Assembly (NCBI RefSeq): GCF_006345805.1
Contig: NW_021827501.1
Span: 1 to 28,704 of the forward strand
Length of the DNA: 28,704 nucleotides
Direction of reading: 5' to 3'
Origin: Octopus sinensis
Taxonomy: Eukaryota
Made by a program: the position numbers and the translations under genes. Positions 22,151-28,704 of the stretch are shown in pieces (positions within the stretch are counted from its first letter, which is position 1; the number at the start of each line of letters is the position of its first letter). Below the pieces are notes generated by a model that saw nothing but the letters and a program-made list of their open reading frames with translations, was not told where the DNA came from and did no database searches.

Positions 22151-23544
22151 ATATATATACACACACACGTGTATCGTGTGAGCCTAGGAATATGTATATA
22201 TTTTTAAAATAAACGTCTATAGCATAATAGCGTACTAAGGAGATTCGATTGCAATAAAATAAATGAAGATGACTCTTAGTTTTTTTTTTTGTTTTGTTGT
22301 TATGGCTGCACATATGTAATTAGCAAACCCGGAGCTAATAACGTATGTGTATGCCAAAGGAGTGGGCTTCACGGACACCGTTTGTAATTCCACTGTGGTG
22401 AATGTGTCGTGGCATTTATCAACCGGTGTCTCACTGCCCTGCAGTGGTAAAGAACTAGGGGCGAAGGAAAAAGATTTAGTTAGTATAGAACCCCTGTCCT
22501 TTACTACTGCCCGCGAATTTACGAAAATGTATCACGAAATGAAATTAAATAAAAGAATTGCATTATTTAACAGCACTCGATTTTATAAAAAATAATTCCA
22601 CAAAAAGAAAATGAAAGAAAATAAGAGATTAATACTTGAAGCTTTCTTAGTAACAGAAGAGAAACTAAAAATCAGAACGCTGATATATCACACATGAAAG
22701 AACTCATGAAATATCCCAGAATCTTTAAAGAAATCAGTTACTGAAGATTTTATCAGTTATAGCAGTATTTATCCTATGCATACATGCAAAACTACACACA
22801 TTGTTGTATGCGTGTGCGAGCGTGTGTATGTGTGTGCTCCCGCACATGTTCAATGTAAGTTATTTTTCTGTATATGTATTTTCAAAGAATTTGGTAATAC
22901 TCTGTACAAGAGCAAGAAAACCAAACTTCTAGAAACTGCTACCAATGAATCACCCTGGAGATAAAGTGATTCAAATCTTCTGGTCGAAGAATTTAATTTC
23001 ATGTTCTACCCTCGAATAAATTATAAATCTTTATATTCTTTGTTTATTTATCTCATTTATTTATTTATTTATCTGTCTCATTCCGGTTCGTCATTCTGCA
23101 AAATTTATTTACTTTATTTTGGGAGGAAGATAGATAGTAAAGTCGACAGTAATAAATGTTAAAATGATTTAGATAGCTGAAAATATCTCCACTGAGTTTA
23201 AACACCAAATACTGTGTATAAAATGAACATCTATAGATTAAATTCCTGGAAAGATATTTATTTTTAGATAGATTTTACACCACGAAAATATATCTTAAAA
23301 TAGTGGGCATCCTGCAAAGTATGATATATACTTTATTGATTAATCTAATTGAAAGTGAGATCGCAACGGCAGATTCGATATAGCATAAAAATTAGGAACC
23401 ATAGCTGTCAATCGCTATCGTGTACGCTTTAGTAAAATGTACCATACTCGAGTTAATTGTCTTATGCGTCTACAAAATGACGAACAGATGCAGACGTCCC
23501 TCCCAAACTTGAGCCAGTGGATTATAGAAAAAGTGACATTGCAC

Positions 23545-23696
23545 TAGACTGGCACTTTTTTTTCGGCCGAGTAGATTAGAATAATGTGAAGTGAAATATC
23601 TTGCTCAAAAACACAGCGTAGCCACGGTCTGATATCGAACCTATACCCTTACACTTGAGAACTCAATAACCTAAAGACTACGCCACACGCCTTCAC
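23545..23696 (-). mobile_element. SINE-C 5' fragment
   Basis: Reverse complement GTGAAGGCGTGTGGCGTAGT...GGTTCGATATC...TGTGTTTTTGAGCAAGATATTT. Confidence 0.7.
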
Positions 23697-23774
23697 AGTG
23701 CGAAAGAAAGCATAAAGAGAAGCATGGACAACACTGAAGCGTTGTTCATACTACTCTTTACACTTATTCGTCTC

Positions 23775-24205
23775 TGCTTAACTCTGATCCAGTAAATATA
23801 TGATCGAAGGTATTCCATATGTGATCATCCCGTCTTTTAGGGTGTATCTCTAGAACTGCATTGCAATTTGCAATCCATTATATAAGCTAAAAGACAGTGA
23901 TTTGAAGGAGATTTTGGCTGCTATTTTTACCAGTTCAAGTAACCGAGTAAATTCTTCGCTGTTATCTCGCAAATCAATTTCACTTAAAACTGTTGCAGCT
24001 ACTACTATAGTTATTGCCGAGTAGTCCCATGCTAGAGATCATTGTACATCTAACCACTGTCCCTCTTTTCCTCTTTTCCCTAAACAGTTTCAATAGGACA
24101 ATATTATTAAGAATATTTTTTTGGAAGATCGTAGGTTCTTACTTGATAGATATTTGGCTGCTATATTTAGCAGCTTTATTAATCATGTAAGCAGCTCTTT
24201 GTTGT
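23775..24205. repeat. Two decayed copies of an unclassified interspersed repeat (third at ~12900-13030)
   Basis: Shared GATTTTGGCTGCTATTTTTACCAG / GATATTTGGCTGCTATATTTAGCAG / TATGGCTATTGTTTCTAGACAG motif in similar context. Confidence 0.45.
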
Positions 24206-24493
24206 TCGCCGAACGGTGCATTTTGAATTAGCATATGTTTTAAATTGTGTTACTCAAACTTGAGAGATGGTGACACAGCTTCAGAATAATTCAAATGTAT
24301 CATTATTACATTTTTTTACGTTATACCTCCTTGCACCGCTTTTCTTTTGCGTAATCCCCTTTAACGGGGTCCAGTTTAGAGAACGAGAGAGGGAGAGAAG
24401 GGAGAGGAAGAAAGGGAGACAGAAAGAGGGAGAGAATGATAGGAAGTGTGTGTATGAGTGAATGAGAGAATGCGTTCGAATGATGGATTTGTC

Positions 24494-24618
24494 GTGTGAA
24501 GACGCGTGGCGTAGCTCTTAACGTGTTGCGTTCACGATCATTGATTCATGGTTTCAATTCTTAGACCGGCGGGTGAGTTCTGTCCCTGTTGCTCTAATCT
24601 GTTAGGCAAAAATGAGCC
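24494..24618 (+). mobile_element. SINE-C 5' fragment
   Basis: GTGAAGACGCGTGGCGTAG...GGTTTCAATTC...GGCAAAAATGAG. Confidence 0.6.
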
Positions 24619-24741
24619 CCAACTGAGTGTTTGTAAAACTCTCACTTCCTCCATCTATCATATTTGAACTGAGAATGCACAGCATTCTCTGACGTTTTAA
24701 AGATTCTAACAGATCGCCGCCCTCAGATTACATAAATAACG

Positions 24742-24950
24742 GTTTTTAATTTAGACACAAAGTCAGAAGTTTTTAGGGAATTGATTAAGCTGAGACTATC
24801 AACAACAGTACTTGACTGATACTTCATTTTATCAACTCTTGGAGATAGAGTGAACGACGAAGTTGACAAGAGTAGGATTCGAACACAGAACGTAAAACGC
24901 CGAAATTAATACTGCAGGACATTTTGCCACAACGTTTGTTAATCTACGGT
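24742..24950 (-). mobile_element. Old SINE-A copy
   Basis: CAGTACTTGACTGATACTTCATTTTATCAAC...AAGTTGAC...GGATTCGAACACAGAACGTAAA is the reverse complement of the SINE-A body. Confidence 0.65.
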
Positions 24951-25024
24951 TAAAAGATCAATTCAGCAGTTTCACTTTTTTCTTTTTAAAACTTGGTATC
25001 TGAAAATGTGTCTTTTGCCTAAAT

Positions 25025-25147
25025 GCTAAATTACGCGGACGTAAACGAAATAACACAGGTTAATAAGTGGTGTTATAAACAAAGAATGGCAAACACACAT
25101 CTAAATATGAGTGTATGTATGTATGTATGTATGTATGTATGTATGTA

Positions 25148-25180
<33 letters not shown>

Positions 25181-25283
25181 TAAGTGTATCTGTATGTATA
25201 CATATATATGTGTGTATATATACATACATATGTATGTATATATTTACATATGCATATATATGTGTATATATAAATATATATAT

Positions 25284-25326
<43 letters not shown>

Positions 25327-25512
25327 ATATATATATATATGATATTATATTATATGACAGGCTTCTACACAGTTTCCTTCTACAAAATGACATTGTTCTC
25401 GTCACGGGGTTATAACAGAAGATACTTCCACAAGAGACAGTGTTGTGGGATTGAACCCAAGACTACGTGGATATGAAGCGAACTTCTCAACCACAAACAC
25501 ATGCTCGCACCT
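25025..25512 (-). mobile_element. Old SINE-B copy with internal (TATG)/(TA) tract
   Basis: GGACGTAAAC...; ATGACAGGCTTCTACACAGTTTCC...GGGGTTATAACAGAAGATACTT...GGGATTGAACCC...ACCACAAAC, colinear with 4927-5346. Confidence 0.75.
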
Positions 25513-26029
25513 ATCCAATGCTTTGGGGTCGTTTCTCCGCATGTAAAATTTATCAAAAGCTAGTAAGAATAGTGTATTCCTACGTTTTTAAGAGAATAGC
25601 TTTTAGGTTTGAAGAATTCGCTACTAATTTTAGTAAATCAAGAGACAGCGTTGATGTTACTCAAAGATTATTTTAAAAGGATTTTACGACAATATTAATG
25701 CCTGCACCAGGCATTACAGAAACAACAATGTTCACCGAATCTAATTCCATTAAAAGATATTGGTATGGTTCTATGTGTGTACGTGTAAAAGAGAAACGAT
25801 AAGAGAGATAAAGAGTGAAAGAGAAAGTGAGTGGGAGAGACATAGAGAAAGGGAGAGGGAGAGACAAGGAGAGCGGAAGCGAGTATAACGATATTAACAA
25901 ATGTTTTAAATCACTCTGTTCCAACAAATTCCCTATAAAATTGAATTTTGTTGACGTAACTCAATTAGAGATTAAAGCGTGTGCAATATTTACGTACATA
26001 TATACATAACAGTAAGTCTACGTCATATA

Positions 26030-26857
26030 TTATATTATTAAATATTATATATATATATATATATAATATATATATAATATATATATATATATTTATCTAT
26101 GTATGTATATCTATAGATATAGATATATATATATTGTGTGGTGTATGTATATTTATGTATGTATGTATGTATGTATGTATGTATGTATGTATATATATAT
26201 ATATTTTATGTATTTATAATTATTTTATATATATATATATATCTATTATTTTATATATTTATGTATATATATATATATATATATATTATGTATTAATTAT
26301 TTATGTATGTATATATATGTATATATATATATTATATATATATATATATACTATATATATTATATATATATATATACTATACATACACACACATATATAC
26401 ATATTAATATCGTTATCGATATGGCTATTGATATATTGGTATGCATGTGCGTACGTATGTTTATTGGAGAATCACAGTTTCAATGCACATGCATAGACAC
26501 ACGCATCGATGTATGGATATGAATGTGTGCGTATGTTGTGTGTGTGCGTGTGTGTGTATGTGCTTGTGTGGGTGTGTGCTTGCGTGTCTGTGTTTGAGTG
26601 TGCGTGTGTGCGCACGTTAATAATTTTGATTTCTTTTCCTGTTTGATCTCAGATCTCGCCTTTCAAATTCTATACACATCAGTTTAAACATATTACTGCC
26701 TGTGTTAGTATATGTGTGTGTATACACACACGTATGCACACATATACAAATATACACATACGTGTATATTATATTATATTATATTATATCATATTATATT
26801 ATATTATATTATAATGTATTGTATATCATAATAATTTCTCATGGCATTATATATTGT

Positions 26858-26890
<33 letters not shown>

Positions 26891-26990
26891 TACATACATA
26901 CACACATACGCACATGCACACATACAAGTATACACATACACACAAACACATATACACGCGTACACATAAACACACGCATAAGCACATAAT
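26030..26990. repeat. Degenerate (TA)/(TATG)/(GT)/(ATATT)/(CA) microsatellite field
   Basis: Direct repeats with short unique spacers. Confidence 0.9.
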
Positions 26991-27109
26991 TTAATTTGTT
27001 AGGGAGCGATGCATCATACATTGCTTACCTAACTTTATCGTGTGTAAGGATTATTAAAAACAGCATTACATGTTATATCGATCTTGAAAACACTTAATAA
27101 CTTCATTGG

Positions 27110-27131
27110 ATTATTATTATTATCATTATTA

Positions 27132-27183
<52 letters not shown>

Positions 27184-27255
27184 TATTATTACTATTACTA
27201 TTATTACAATTATTATTATTAGAATGATTATTATCATTGCTGTTATTATTACTAC
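27110..27255. repeat. (ATT)n microsatellite
   Basis: Direct repeats. Confidence 0.95.
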
Positions 27256-27257
27256 AA

Positions 27258-27627
27258 TGAATAGGGAAGTGCTGTCTGGTAGCAAGTTTATTGAAAGGTA
27301 GGTGAATGTTGCAAGAATGGCCAGTATGAACGGACCAATTTTAAGGATACCCCTGTTAAAAATTAAAAGGAAATATAAAAGGAGAAAGGGGCTCTCTACC
27401 CCCCTTTTGACCAGGCTCCCGTGGCTCTTATGGGTTTTTCCACAAGTAACCTTTCGAAGCGCCTCCCCCCTTTCGGGAGTTTTAATTGTTACTTATATTT
27501 CGTTGTTATCCTGCTGTTGTACACAGACTTTTTTCAAACGAACAAAACCTTTGTAACTTTCGTCCTGTGTTTGTCCCTTTTGTGTTTTCAATTGATTTTT
27601 GTTAGCCCTTGTGGCCATATGAATGAA
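27258..27627 (+). mobile_element. Probable 3' end of an L1/Tx1-like LINE between two (ATT)n tracts
   Basis: REVLSGSKFIER*VNVARM (stop at the W of an F.ERW motif typical of L1/Tx1 ORF2 C-termini), then a T-rich 3' UTR ending GTTAGCCCTTGTGGCCATATGAATGAA. The clade call rests on one short motif. Confidence 0.5.
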
Positions 27628-27743
27628 TTATTATTATATATTATTATTATTATTTAGTATTATTATTATTATTATTATATTATATACTACTACTATTATT
27701 ATTATTATTATTATTATTATTAGTTTATTATATATATTATAGT

Positions 27744-27781
<38 letters not shown>

Positions 27782-27807
27782 TAGTAGTAGTGGTGGTGGT
27801 AGTAGTA
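27627..27807. repeat. (ATT)n-(AGT)n-(GGT)n compound microsatellite
   Basis: Direct repeats. Confidence 0.95.
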
Positions 27808-28367
27808 TTGAAATGGTTGATTGAATTACCACGTATAATAATCGAAGTAGTTTTTAACAATAGTTGTGTAGTGATTTAACGGATGTAAGGTTTAGATAAA
27901 TGCCTATAAGTATCGAGGTATGTGTTTACTTTGATGATGTGGATAGCGTAATATTCACGTCGATACATGATAGTAGAAGACGCTGATGTAGCGTTTCCCA
28001 CTTTAGACCAGCGTTCTATTTCAGGGGTGAATTACCTGTCGTCTGTTGAATGCTGTTGGAAGATTGAGAACTGCACCGGGTCTCATTGAATTTTGCATAT
28101 CAGAAAAGTATAATAATAGCTTGTGTTGACTAGTCTGTCAGTAAGATTTGTTTGTGGTTCTTACTAATAAAACGGATCATAGTTCAAGAGTGATTTAACA
28201 GGTATGATCAAAGGTGATTATATTTTTTACGTTTTCATTTAACAGATGTAATAAAAAGTAATAATATCTTCAAATACATTTACGACTACCTTGTAAAATC
28301 GCCCTTTTTAAGACGGCCCTCTTTTATTTTGAAACCTTTCCGAATTAGAAGGCGCAACACTTTATAA

Positions 28368-28621
28368 GAGTAGTTCTCAAATATTCTTTTACATATGGGC
28401 CCTTTGATTCCTATATTATTTGGATGGACCCTCACAGCCATTCGTTGTTTCAAAAGATCCTATTATATTCAGATATTATAAGAAAATGTTTAAAATAAGT
28501 GTTAAAATATTTTGTGCATTGTAGACGTATAACCAATTTATTGCACAACATTTTAACAGCAAGATTTTATATGTCCCCCCACCCGCCCAAGGATCTTATG
28601 GATCCTGGTTGGGAATCAGTG
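28368..28621. mobile_element. Old hAT (Charlie-like) MITE, ~254 bp
   Basis: Ends GAGTAGTTCTCAA...TTGGGAATCAGTG resemble CAGTGGTTCTCAA/TTGAGAACCACTG TIRs; 8-bp flanks CTTTATAA and CTCCGTAA match 5/8 and all differences are transitions. Confidence 0.65.
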
Positions 28622-28704
28622 CTCCGTAAGGACAGGTATTGTTGCATGTTTCCACGGCATGCAACAGACGACGGATAAGTCACCTCTATAACGACACACA
28701 GGCT

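Noticed and set aside
22390-22447. Possible multi-stem RNA (CCACTGT/GCAGTGG enclosing a hairpin)
   Set aside because: Relies on many G-U pairs and fits no ribozyme or ncRNA family I recognise.
28024-28068. Peptide GVNYLSSVECCWKIE, reminiscent of a Helitron Rep motif or CUB domain start, after a TTTCAG acceptor
   Set aside because: Only ~15 residues, an in-frame stop follows shortly, and flanks give no supporting similarity.
28514-28526. GTGCATTGTAG, matching the 5' half of miR-33
   Set aside because: Only 11 nt, no precursor hairpin, and inside a MITE.

Overview
Eukaryotic, AT-rich, microsatellite-dense non-coding DNA (intron or intergenic). The SINE/LINE repertoire resembles an octopus/cephalopod genome; this is pattern recognition, not a search result. 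I found no convincing host protein-coding gene, and nearly all ORFs in the supplied track are microsatellite read-throughs. The window is a patchwork of decayed mobile elements: two Tc1/mariner-superfamily transposase relics (maT/DD37D-like and mariner-like), LINE fragments of four clades (CR1, R4/Dong x2, RTE, probable L1/Tx1), a probable Penelope-like terminal repeat with a degenerate hammerhead motif, a hAT-like MITE, about 20 tRNA-derived SINE copies or fragments in four families (my labels A-D), and several local duplications. Best candidate for an undescribed system: a SINE-A subfamily whose 3' tail resembles the Tx1-like LINE end in this window. Both of its copies are flanked by 13-bp target-site duplications starting GGTATTC(C/G)GT. 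One of these targets lies inside the head of another SINE-A copy, suggesting sequence-specific, SINE-into-SINE retrotransposition. A second SINE/LINE tail pairing (SINE-B with CR1) and (TAA)n-embedded Dong-like insertions are also directly visible.
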